Shown: positions 55,185 through 64,000 of the stretch, one piece after another
Layout: each line of letters starts with the position of its first letter
How positions within the stretch are numbered: the stretch's first letter is position 1
NCBI GenBank assembly: GCA_963731635.1
Contig: CAVSWB010000001.1
Span: forward strand, 585,679 to 649,678
Direction of reading: 5' to 3'
From: an uncultured Chloroflexia bacterium
Lineage (GTDB): Bacteria; Chloroflexota; Limnocylindria; Limnocylindrales; CSP1-4
Length of the DNA: 64,000 nt
Translations under genes and position numbers: made by a program
Notes under the pieces: generated by a model
Database searches by the model: none
What the model saw: only the letters and a program-made list of their open reading frames with translations
What the model was told of the DNA's origin: nothing

Positions 55185-55254
55185 GCGGGCATTTTGACAG
55201 CAACGCACCGCCGAAACTCGGGCTCGCGGTGATCCCCAGGGTGACGCCGCTTCA

Positions 55255-55260
55255 TATAAT
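55255..55260 (+). promoter_or_regulatory. perfect TATAAT hexamer upstream of the histidine kinase gene
   Basis: It lies in the divergent intergenic region, 63 nt before the GTG at 55323. No convincing -35 element was seen. Confidence 0.25.
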
Positions 55261-55322
55261 TGGGGCGTCGCCGAGCCCGGGAGCCGTCACCTTCCCCGCT
55301 CGAGCCTGCGCGGGAGACGCCT

Positions 55323-57954
55323 GTGACAGCGGTAGGCAAAGACCGACTACTGGAACCATTGGAGCGGACGCAACGCCTGGCGCGCCTCTATCTGGTGCTG
55401 TCTCGAACGAACCGAGCGATCGAACGCGCCGCGGACGATCAAGTGCTCCTCGGTGTCGCGTGCCAGACCATCATCGAAGTGGGCGGGTTCCTGATGAGCT
55501 GGGTCGGCATGATCGACTCGCGGACGGGCAAGGTCGCGCCCGTTGCCTGCTTCGGCCATGGACGCGGGCTATCTCGACTTCGTCCAGGTTCACACGGAGG
55601 GAGCTCGCTCCGAAGGCCCGACCGGACAGGCGATCCGGCAGGAGCGAACCACTGTCTGTGAGGACATCGCGACCGATCCTCGCATGGAGCCATGGCGCGA
55701 ACAGGCGCTTCGGCGCGGCTACCGATCGTCCGTCGGCCTGCCGATCTACAAGCACGGGGTCCTGTACGGCGTTCTGACGGTCTACGCCGACTCGCCCGGC
55801 CGGTTCGACGAAGGCGAGATCGAGCTTCTGGAAGAACTGGCCCGCGACGTTTCGTTTGGGCTTACCAGGATCAAGGAAGTTCAGGAGCGAGAGCAGGCTC
55901 AGGCGGAATTGGTCGAGTCCGAGCAGCGCTTCCGAGCCACGGTGGAGACGCTGCTCGATCCTTTCGTCATCTTGAGCGCGGTGCGCGATCAGGCCGGCCG
56001 GATCGTCGATTTCGTATACGAATTCGCGAATGAGGCCGCCTGCGCGGCCAATCGGACCAGCAGCGAAGATCTCCTGGGCCACTCTCTTCTCGGCTTGTTG
56101 CCCGAGCACGAAAGCTCCGGCCTGATCGCGCTATATGCCCACACGGTAGAAACCGGCCGGCCGCTCATCCTCGACGACCTCGATTACGTCGACTCATGGG
56201 GCGGGGAGCGCCTGGAGAAAGTGTTCGAGGTGCGCGCCAGCAAGGTCGGCGACGGCCTCGCGTACACGTGGCGTGACGTAACCGAGCGGCGACAGGCCGA
56301 TCGCCGGCGGGCCGAAGAGCTCGATCAGCGTGTTCGGGAGCGGACGCGCGAACTCGACATCGCCCGTCGGCGAGCGATCGAGCTGAGCGAACTCAGCACG
56401 GCGATGCTCGAAATCGACAATGCCGTCGATGTCGGTCGACGCCTGCTCGAATCGGCCCGGCTCGTCGGCGCGGTAGACGGCGTCGTCGGCCTGGCGGGCG
56501 GAGGTTCCGACGATCTCATCCTGCTCGCTCATTTCGGCTTGGACGAAGAGCTGGTTGCTCGCATCGCCGCATCCCCCGAACTGCCGCGAACTCTGATCCG
56601 GGAAGCGGCCGAAACCGGAGCCCCGCTGCTCATCGACAACGCCGCCGAGTTCCGGCGCCGCTACGGGGAGCTGGCGTCGCTTGTCGGGGATCGGCGCGAC
56701 CGGACGCGAGTCGCGATTGCGCTTCGCAGGGGCGAGAAGACCTTCGGCGGGCTGGCGTTGGGTTTCGAGCCCCGGGCGTTCGGCGCCGAGGATCTGGCTT
56801 TTCTGATGTCTCTCGCCAACTCAGCGGCTCTGGCGCTCGAGCGCCTCGGCAGCGCCCAGGCCGAGCGGGATGCGCGCGGCATGCTTGAGGCGGTCGTGGC
56901 GCAGATGCCCGTGGGTGTCACCGTCGTGTCTCGGGATGGCAGGATCCTGTACCGCAACCGCGCTCTCGATTCGATCCTTCGCGGCGTCGATCCCGCGCTC
57001 ACCTCGGCAACGCTCGCGGACGGCAGCCCCGGAATTCCCGACTGCGTTCCGGCGGCACGCAGCCTGGCGACGGGCGAGGTCGTCGTGGCCGAGGAGACCG
57101 CGGTAGTCAGGGACGACGGAACGAAGGCCGTCATCTCCCAGACGAGCGCACCTATCCACGCTGCGAACGGAGAAGTAGCCGGCGCGGTCGTCGTCACCCT
57201 CGACGAAACCGAGAGGAGGGAGCTGGAGCAGGTCCGAGACGCTTTCCTGGGCGTCCTGTCGCACGAGCTCCGGACTCCGGTGACCACCATCTACGGTTCG
57301 GCGAAGCTGATGGTTGCGCGCGGCGAGCGGATGACGCCTGTCGCGATGCAGGATCTCGCCGGAGACATCGTCGCCGAGGCGGAGCGCCTGGCCCGGATGG
57401 TGGATGACCTGTTGGTCCTCGCCCGCGCCGAGCGGGGAGCGGACATGACGGTTCGCGATGCGGCTCTCGTCCAGCACCGTCTGCGTGAGGTTGCGTCGAT
57501 CCTGGCTGCCGCCTGGCCGGATCGAAGGTTCACCTGCGAGATTCCCGAACACGTTCCGCCGGTCCTTGGCGACGAGGCGTACCTGGAGCACGTCTTCCTG
57601 AACCTGCTGGGAAACGCGGCCAAGTACGGACGCCACGAAATCGTGGCCAGGGTGCGGGTCGCGCCCGACGTCGTCGAGATTTCGGTCCTGGACGACGGGC
57701 CCGGAGTTGAACCGGCCGAGCAGGACCGCATCTTCGAGCTCTTCGCCCGGGCCAAATCCACGAGCTTGCTGCCGGGCGCCGGCATCGGGCTCTTTGCCGC
57801 GCGCCGACTCGTCGAAGCCATGGGTGGCCGGCTCACGGTCGCGAATCGCCGGGAAGGCGGCGCGGAGTTCACGGCCACGCTCCAGCAATACAGAGACCCC
57901 GACGAATTCGATCTGGACGAGCCGGAGGAAGCCGAGGTGCCCGCGCCCGGGTGA
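55323..57954 (+). CDS. cytoplasmic multi-sensor histidine kinase (GAF-PAS-GAF-PAS-HisKA-HATPase), one frameshift near 55558
   Basis: ORF 55260..55661 holds the first half of GAF (LARLYLVLSRTNRAI...MSWVGMIDSRTGKVAPVACFGH). ORF 55543..57954 continues (AGYLDFVQVHTEG...GPTGQAIR...DPRMEPWREQALRRGYRSS). H box SHELRTP, N box LLGNAAKYG, G boxes DDGPGV and GAGIGL. Confidence 0.85.
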
Positions 57955-57958
57955 CGGC

Positions 57959-58534
57959 TCAGTCGCGCGGACGGCGTTCGATAGTGGCCGGGTCGGGGAG
58001 CTGAAGGTCCGCGCGAACAAGAGCCACCCAATCGCGGAGAGCCCGCACGCTGGTCTCGAAAGCGATATCGGGCCAGGGTATGTCGGCCGGCGCAAAGGGC
58101 CGGGTCTCGAGCGACTCCGACGTGACGCTGGGTTCGCCGCCCACGATCCGAGCCTCGAACACCACGGTCACGACTTCCGCGACGATCCGCGAGTAAAGCC
58201 CGACGATCCCCCCGAGCTCGATTTCGAGGCCGGTCTCCTCCATCGTTTCGCGTGCCGCCGCCTCCTCGACCGTCTCGTCGATCTCGAGAAATCCGCCCGG
58301 CTGGGCCCACAGACCGTAGCCGGGGGCGATGCCGCGGCGGATGAGCATCACCTCGCCGCGATCGGTGACGGGCAGCGTCGTGACCACGAGGCGGGGATTG
58401 ACGTAGCTGACGGACCCGCATTGCTCACAGGCGAGCCGGTTGCGATCCTCGCCTTCCACGGGCCTGAAGACGAGCCGGCCGCCGCAGCTGGAGCAGAACC
58501 GGGGGCTCGCCGGCGCCGGATCGAAGCCGGTCAT
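57959..58534 (-). CDS. NUDIX hydrolase with an N-terminal zinc ribbon
   Basis: CSSCGG...CEQCG, then the Nudix box GGFLEIDETVEEAAARETMEETG. The start overlaps the purE stop (ATGA). Confidence 0.85.
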   Translation of the reverse strand: MTGFDPAPASPRFCSSCGGRLVFRPVEGEDRNRLACEQCGSVSYVNPRLVVTTLPVTDRGEVMLIRRGIAPGYGLWAQPGGFLEIDETVEEAAARETMEETGLEIELGGIVGLYSRIVAEVVTVVFEARIVGGEPSVTSESLETRPFAPADIPWPDIAFETSVRALRDWVALVRADLQLPDPATIERRPRD

Positions 58535-59034
58535 CCCAGGCTGGCGTTCGACTCGTCGGCTTCGATGGCGGCCGTCTGCGCTTCGCGATAGGCGACGAGG
58601 CGGGCTCGCAGCGCCGGATCGGAGAGGGCCAGGATTTCCGCGGCCAGAAGCGCCGCGTTCTCCGCGCCGCCGATCGAAACGGTGGCGACCGGCACGCCCT
58701 TGGGCATCTGGACGATGGACAGCAGCGAGTCCAGGCCGCCCATCACCTGGGTCGGGATCGGGACGCCGATCACGGGCAGGATCGTCTTGGCCGCCACGAC
58801 GCCGGGAAGATGTGCCGCGCCGCCGGCCCCGGCGATGAACACCGTGATGCCGCGTTCCCCGGCGCCGGCCACGAACCGGAACAGCAAATCCGGCGCGCGA
58901 TGGGCTGAGATGGCATGCAGCTCGCTCGGGATGTCGAGCTTGGCGAGCAACTCGACCGCCTTCTCCATCACCGGGAAGTCCGAGCGGCTGCCGCACACGA
59001 TCCCGACTCGGGCGGCTGTCTGCTGTTCGGCCAT
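58531..59034 (-). CDS. purE: 5-(carboxyamino)imidazole ribonucleotide mutase
   Basis: GIVCGSRSDFPVM...AGGAAHLPGVVAA...PVIGVP. GGAGGG precedes the ATG at 59034. Confidence 0.9.
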   Translation of the reverse strand: MAEQQTAARVGIVCGSRSDFPVMEKAVELLAKLDIPSELHAISAHRAPDLLFRFVAGAGERGITVFIAGAGGAAHLPGVVAAKTILPVIGVPIPTQVMGGLDSLLSIVQMPKGVPVATVSIGGAENAALLAAEILALSDPALRARLVAYREAQTAAIEADESNASLG

Positions 59035-59175
59035 GTGGTGGCGCCCTCCATTTGGTGTGTGCCGATTATGGCGTACGCCGAGCGCGCCGCGGTTGCAAGG
59101 TCGGCTCCCGCGCGGCACGTTGACGTGCAAGTGCGGACCGCCCATTGCTGGCGCGCGTGCCCTACGATTTCGGGC

Positions 59176-60264
59176 ATGAGCGAAACGGCCGACCGAATAC
59201 CGATCATCGTCGACTGCGACACCGGCATCGACGATAGCCTGGCTCTTTATTACGCGATCGCCTCGCCGGAGTGCGAGCTGGTCGCCGTGACGTGCACCGC
59301 CGGCAACGTCGATGCCCGGCAGGTCGCCGAGAACACGCGTGCCGTGCTGGAGCTGGCCGGGCGACGGGACGTCGAAGTCGCGATCGGCCGCGAAACGCCT
59401 CTGGCGCGCGCGCTGGTCACGACGCCGGAGACGCACGGGCCGCTTGGCATCGGCTACGCGGTTCTGCCGCCGGCCCGGATGCCGCTCTCCGGCCGTCGGA
59501 GTCCCGATCTCATCGTCGAGGAAGCGCGCCGCCGCCCCGGGGAGCTGACGCTGGTCACGCTGGCCCCACTCACGAACGTGGCGCTGGCGATCCTGCGCGA
59601 GCCGGAGTTGCCTCGACTGCTGCGGCGGATCGTGATCATGGGCGGCTCTTACCGATCGTCCGGGAACACGGCACCGACGACCGAATGGAACGTCAGCGTC
59701 GATCCGGAGGCGGCCGCGATCGTGTTCCAGGCGTTCGGGGCTTCGGGGCTGGCGCAGGTCACCGGGGAGCGGCCCGTCGCCGGGGAGCGGCCCGCGCCCG
59801 CGCCGCAGCCGATCGCGCTCGGGCTCGACGTCACCGAGCGCGCCAAGCTGCTACCCGAGCACCTCGCCCGACTGGCGGGGCGGGCCGGCTGTGCACCCGA
59901 CGGAACCCGCCCGGACGGCTCGGTGGCTCCGATCGTTCGCTACCTCGCCGACGCGCTGAGGTTCTACATGGAGTTCCACAGCCGCTACGACCACTTCTAC
60001 GGGGCGTTCGTCCACGACCCGCTGGCGCTCGCGACGGCGTTGGACCCGAGCCTGGTGCGCACCGAAGCCGTCGCCGTCGAGGTCGAACTGGGCGGCCGCT
60101 TCACCACCGGCGAAACGGTCACCGACTGGCGGCGCGTCTGGGGCCGCCCGCCGAACGTGGACGTGGCTGTTGAGGCGGACATCGACCGATTCTTCGAGCA
60201 GTTCATCGAACGGGTCGGCGCCCTGGCGGCGGAACGCGGCGAGGCACCCGCGGGAATCGCCTGA
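59176..60264 (+). CDS. nucleoside hydrolase (IUNH family)
   Basis: IIVDCDTGIDDSLAL (DxDxxxDD), LAPLTNVA, and WNVSVDPEAA-type motifs. It carries a Pro/Ala-rich insertion. Confidence 0.85.
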   Translation: MSETADRIPIIVDCDTGIDDSLALYYAIASPECELVAVTCTAGNVDARQVAENTRAVLELAGRRDVEVAIGRETPLARALVTTPETHGPLGIGYAVLPPARMPLSGRRSPDLIVEEARRRPGELTLVTLAPLTNVALAILREPELPRLLRRIVIMGGSYRSSGNTAPTTEWNVSVDPEAAAIVFQAFGASGLAQVTGERPVAGERPAPAPQPIALGLDVTERAKLLPEHLARLAGRAGCAPDGTRPDGSVAPIVRYLADALRFYMEFHSRYDHFYGAFVHDPLALATALDPSLVRTEAVAVEVELGGRFTTGETVTDWRRVWGRPPNVDVAVEADIDRFFEQFIERVGALAAERGEAPAGIA

Positions 60265-60401
60265 GGCGAACCAATCTCGGCCTCGCCACACGCCACTCGC
60301 CGGCAAGGCGTGGCATCCCGCAGTCATACCTGCCAAGCTTTCGTCGCGCGGCACCCGTTCATCCGACCTGGCCGCGTTCCGCACGCAGGAGAGCAGGAGA
60401 G

Positions 60402-61262
60402 ATGGGCTTACTCAGTCGCTGGGTTGCTCGCCAGTTCACCACCCGGGTCATCGTCCTGATGCCGATCGCGATCGCGATCAACATCGCCCTCGGCTATACG
60501 GTCCAGACCGTTCTCAAGCTGCCGATCTACGTCGACTCGATCGGCACGATCCTGGTCGGTGTGCTGGCCGGTCCGCTCGCCGGCGCGCTCACGGGCGTCC
60601 TTTCGAACCTGATCTGGCAATACGCGCCCGGCATCGGCGGCTCGAACATTGGCCCGTTCGCGGTCACCGCCGGCGTCATCGGGTTCCTCGCCGGAATCTG
60701 GGGCTACCTCGGCGTCTACCGCCCGCGCCCGGCGTCGGGGCTCGGCCTGATCGTGCCGGCCGTCATCGCGGTCGTCATCATCGCCGCCCTGGCCGTGAGG
60801 ATGTACACGATCCCCCAGTACACCGACCCCACCGTCGGCGGATATCCGGACTGGGTCTACGGCGCGATCGTCGTGATCGGGGTCGTGGCGGCCGTCGCCG
60901 TTGCAGGTTTCGTCTTCCTTCGCCGCGACGCCGCGGGGGCGTGGGTGGCGGTGGCCGGCGCCGCCACCGGTGTGATCGCCGCTATCGTGTCGGCGCCCAT
61001 TGCCGCGTATGTCTTCGGCGGCGTCACCGGATCGGGCACGGATGTGATCGTCGCGGCCCTTCGGCAGGGCGGAGCCGACGTCTACAACGCGTCGCTCGGT
61101 CAGGGCCTCTTCAGCGACCCGATCGACAAGACGATCACGAGCTTTGTCGTCTTCGTCATCCTCGGCCGTGTTTCGGTCCGCTTCCTGGCGCGCTTCCCGC
61201 TCGGCGAGCGGCTGGTCGGCCCGACCGGACACGGCGAGTCCGGTTCGACTCCGGCGGCCTGA
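60402..61262 (+). CDS. ECF-transporter substrate-capture (S) component-like membrane protein (286 aa)
   Basis: 7-8 TM helices with Gly/Ala-rich packing. It lies directly upstream of the EcfT and duplicated EcfA genes. AGGAGAG RBS. Confidence 0.6.
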   Translation: MGLLSRWVARQFTTRVIVLMPIAIAINIALGYTVQTVLKLPIYVDSIGTILVGVLAGPLAGALTGVLSNLIWQYAPGIGGSNIGPFAVTAGVIGFLAGIWGYLGVYRPRPASGLGLIVPAVIAVVIIAALAVRMYTIPQYTDPTVGGYPDWVYGAIVVIGVVAAVAVAGFVFLRRDAAGAWVAVAGAATGVIAAIVSAPIAAYVFGGVTGSGTDVIVAALRQGGADVYNASLGQGLFSDPIDKTITSFVVFVILGRVSVRFLARFPLGERLVGPTGHGESGSTPAA

Positions 61263-61281
61263 GATCGCCGCTTCGACGCGT

Positions 61282-62096
61282 TTGACCGAGCCGACCACGG
61301 CCGAGTCTCTCGGTCTGCCCGATTTCGTCCGGCGGGTGCCGGTCCAGCTCTATCTCGGGCTCAACCCGCTGACGAAGTTCGTGCTGGCCGTTGTCGGGGC
61401 CATCGTTGCTTTCGGGGTCCGCGGCTGGACGGGACCGGCGCTGGTACTGGCGCTGGTGCTGTTGAGCGGCGCGGCGGCCCGCGTTCTCCGCCGGATGCTG
61501 CCCTTTGCCCTCGCGACGATTCCGCTGGTGGCCTCGATTCTGCTCGTGAACACGTTCCTCTACCCGAACGCCAGCGACGCGATCGTGAGGATCGGGCCCC
61601 TGGCGCCGACATGGACGGGCGCGACAGCGGCGCTCCAGGCCACGCTCAGGGTCGTGGCTTTCGGCCTGTCCGCCGCCGTCTTCGCGCTGACCACCCCGAT
61701 CGACGACCTGCTGGTCGAGCTCGAGCGTCGAGGCCTGGGGCGGCGCGGGGCCTTCGTCGTCGGCTCCGCCCTGCGGGCGCTGCCGCGTACCCTCGAGCGG
61801 GCGCGCGAGGTTGCCGACGCGCAGCGGGCGCGCGGCACCGACACGGAAGGCCGGCTGTGGCGTCGCTTCCGCGGCCTGGTTCCGCTGGTCGGTCCGGTCG
61901 TCTTCGGGGCGCTTGCCGAAGTCGAGGACCGGACCATGGCGCTCGAAGCGCGAGCCTTCTACGGCCTCCGGCCGCCGCACTCAACTGCAGGACCCTGCCC
62001 GACTCGGGCCTGCAGCGATCGGCGCGCTGGGTCTTCCTGGCAGGGTCGGTCGGCCTGGTCGCGGTCTCGCTCGCGGGCCTGGTGAAGCTGCCATGA
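61282..62096 (+). CDS. ECF transporter transmembrane (T) component (CbiQ/EcfT family), frameshift(s) near 61965-62000
   Basis: ...ELERRGLGRRGAFVVGSALRALP...RARG coupling-helix region. The C-terminal TLPDSGLQRSARWVFLAGSVGLVAVSLAGLVKLP-stop is in another frame. The start is uncertain (TTG at 61282 or GTG at 61336). Confidence 0.7.
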
Positions 62097-63835
62097 GCTC
62101 CCGGCTTGTCCTCGAGGGAGTCAGCTATCGCTATGCCGGCGCGGGCGAGCCGTCCCTTCGGACCGTCGGGCTCGTCCTGCTGCCCGGCCGGGTTGTCGGG
62201 GTCGCCGGGCCCAACGAGTCGGGCAAATCGACGCTGTGTCTCGTGGCCGGCGGACTTGCGCCCCGCGCGATCGGCGGCCGGTTGGAGGGCTCGGTGAGGA
62301 TCGACGGCGCCGAGACGGCGGCAATGCCCGCTTACGACCTGGCTCAGCGGTGCGGTGTGCTCTTCCAGAATGCCGCCGCGCAAATCTCCGGCACGGCCGC
62401 GACGGTATTCGAGGAAGTGGCGTTCGGGCCGTGCAACCTGGGGCTGCCCATGGCCGACGTGCTCGAGCGGGTCCGCTGGGCGTTGGGTGCCGTCGGCATC
62501 GACGAGCTCGCGCCGCGCGATCCGGCACGATTGTCGGGCGGGCAGGCGCAGCTGGTGGCGCTGGCCTCGGTGCTGGCCCTGCGGCCGCGCTACCTCATTC
62601 TCGACGAACCGACGAGCGAGCTCGACCCGCCGGAACGGCACTGGTGGCGGATGCGCTGGCGAGGGTGGCGCGCGACACCGGCGCAGGGATCCTGCTCGTG
62701 GAGCACAAGACGGATGTGCTGGCCCGCATCGCCGACGAGGTCGTCGTTCTGGCGGCCGGGTCGGTGGCACTCGCCGGTTCCGCCGACGACGTGCTTGCCG
62801 ATCCACGGCTGTCCGAATTGGGCGTCGAGCCACCGGCCCGGGTGCGCCTCGAGCGTGAAGTTCGGGCGTCCGGGCTCGAATGGTCGGCCGAGCTTGGCCG
62901 GGGCGATCGGATGAACGCTCCCGCCATCGAATTCGAATCCGTGTCGTTCGCTTACCCGGACGGCACTCGGGCGCTGATCGACGTCCGGCTGCGGATCGAG
63001 CCCGGCGAGATTGGTTGCCATCGTCGGCCAGAACGGCTCGGGCAAGTCGACGCTAGTGCGTCATCTGATCGGGCTGCTGCGACCGACCGGCGGACGAGTC
63101 CTGTTCGACGGGCTGGATGTGCGGGACGTCCACGTCGCGAGGCTCGCCGAACGCGTCGGGCTGGCGTTCCAGAACCCCGATCGCCAGCTGTTCGCCGGCC
63201 GAGTTTCGAGCGAGGTCGCGTTCGGTCCGCGCAACCTGCGCTTGCGTGGCGCGGTACTGGAGGAACGCGTCGCTTCCGCTCTTGCCGCCGTCGGCCTGAG
63301 CGAGGCCGCGGGCGCGAATCCGTACGACCTGGGCTACTCGCGCCGCAAGCTGCTCGCACTGGCATCGGTCCTGGCGATGCGGACGCCGGTGCTGGTACTG
63401 GACGAGCCGACCACGGGCCAGGATGCGCGGGGTGTTGCGCGGGTGCGGGAAGTGGTGGCGGCCGCGGCCGGCGAGGGGCGGACGGTCGTCGCGATCAGCC
63501 ACGACATGCGGTTCGTCGCCGAATGCTTCCGCCGCGTCATCGTGATGTCGGCCGGGCGAGTGGTCCTGGACGGCGGACCCGAGCTGGTATTCGCCGAGCC
63601 GGCCTGGCCGGCTCTCCGCGCCACGTACCTGGAACCGCCACTGCCCGCGGTCGCCGGCGCGCGGCTGGGCCTGGGCGCGACGCCAACTGAAGCGGCGCTC
63701 GTGGCCGCCCTGGCTCGGGGGCCACTTGTGCCACGCTCAACCCTGGGTCCGATCGAAGGCGCGGCAGGTCGGGAGCCTCGGGCGACGGGTTCCGCAGGTC
63801 ACGCGACCGACGGGCCACGGAACGTCGCTGAATAG
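62093..63835 (+). CDS. duplicated (fused A1-A2) ECF/CbiO-type ABC ATPase, two frameshifts (near 62629 and 63013)
   Basis: Half 1: GPNESGKST, LSGGQAQ, LILDEPTSELD. Half 2: GQNGSGKST, YSRRKLLALA, LVLDEPTTGQD, ISHD. No stop separates the halves in the corrected frame. ATGA overlap with EcfT. Confidence 0.8.
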
Positions 63836-63879
63836 CGTTCCTGTGGCGGGGATTTTGCAGGATTGTGGCGCCGCGGGCC

Positions 63880-63929
63880 GGTGCGCGCCACGCCCGCCCG
63901 ATGCGCGCCAATCCCGCCCGGTGCGCGCT
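63880..63929. repeat. 2.5 tandem copies of a 20-bp GC-rich unit downstream of the ECF ATPase gene
   Basis: GGTGCGCGCCACGCCCGCCC / GATGCGCGCCAATCCCGCCC / GGTGCGCGCTA, read directly from the sequence. Confidence 0.8.
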
Positions 63930-64000
63930 ACGGCGGAGCGGCTCCGCGCACGCGCCGATGCGTTTCGCGGTCCTGCACGGTAACGTTCGTGGCGAAGCCG

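Noticed and set aside
59035-59175. Leaderless-mRNA promoter for the nucleoside hydrolase gene (TACGAT ending 7 nt before the ATG at 59176).
   Set aside because: There is no acceptable -35 at 16-18 nt spacing. A single hexamer is insufficient evidence.
63726-63983. Terminal ORFs at the window edges (20..316, 36..374, 63726..63983).
   Set aside because: They have Arg/Pro-rich composition and no motifs. They overlap repeats or better-supported genes and are truncated by the window.

Overview
GC-rich (about two thirds G+C by eye, not computed) bacterial chromosomal segment with about 55 protein genes, one intact tRNA (Asp-GTC), one IS3-family insertion sequence, and no rRNA or CRISPR. MurT/GatD, polyphosphate glucokinase, a VKOR-DsbA pair, many lipobox lipoproteins and Pro/Thr linkers fit an Actinomycetota- or Chloroflexota-like monoderm. 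That placement is inference only. Most genes are housekeeping or transport: two cyclophilins, a HisA-like gene, threonine aldolase, ribokinase, thiolase, aspartase, an amino-acid permease with a glutamine-synthetase-like enzyme, aldehyde dehydrogenase, PurE, Nudix, and a nucleoside hydrolase next to an ECF transporter. The most interesting signal is four secreted proteins that share a conserved C-terminal module. They are a VWA protein at 20.9-22.4 kb and three adjacent Ig/MBG-repeat surface proteins at 46.4-52.9 kb. The module is a PT linker, an LGATSAP/PATSTPS box, GG-x-S/T-P, a TM helix with an ICLAFG core, and an E-x-QRR tail. It looks like a protein-sorting signal I cannot assign to a named family. 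All four genes also share an upstream GTnCTrGAC box and the same terminator stem. Other notable items: a single-polypeptide ECF sigma / FecR-type anti-sigma protein; an IS3 element (inverted repeats, 3-bp duplication) inside a decaying streptogrisin-like protease gene; a tRNA-Arg 5' half fragment in a non-coding gap; a truncated sigma gene fused to a BNR propeller gene; and a PLDc_N-ABC ATPase fusion. At least 15 reading frames are broken by 1-nt indels, mostly in short homopolymer runs. The sequence alone cannot separate consensus errors from real pseudogenes. All family calls come from motif recognition by eye. No searches were run.
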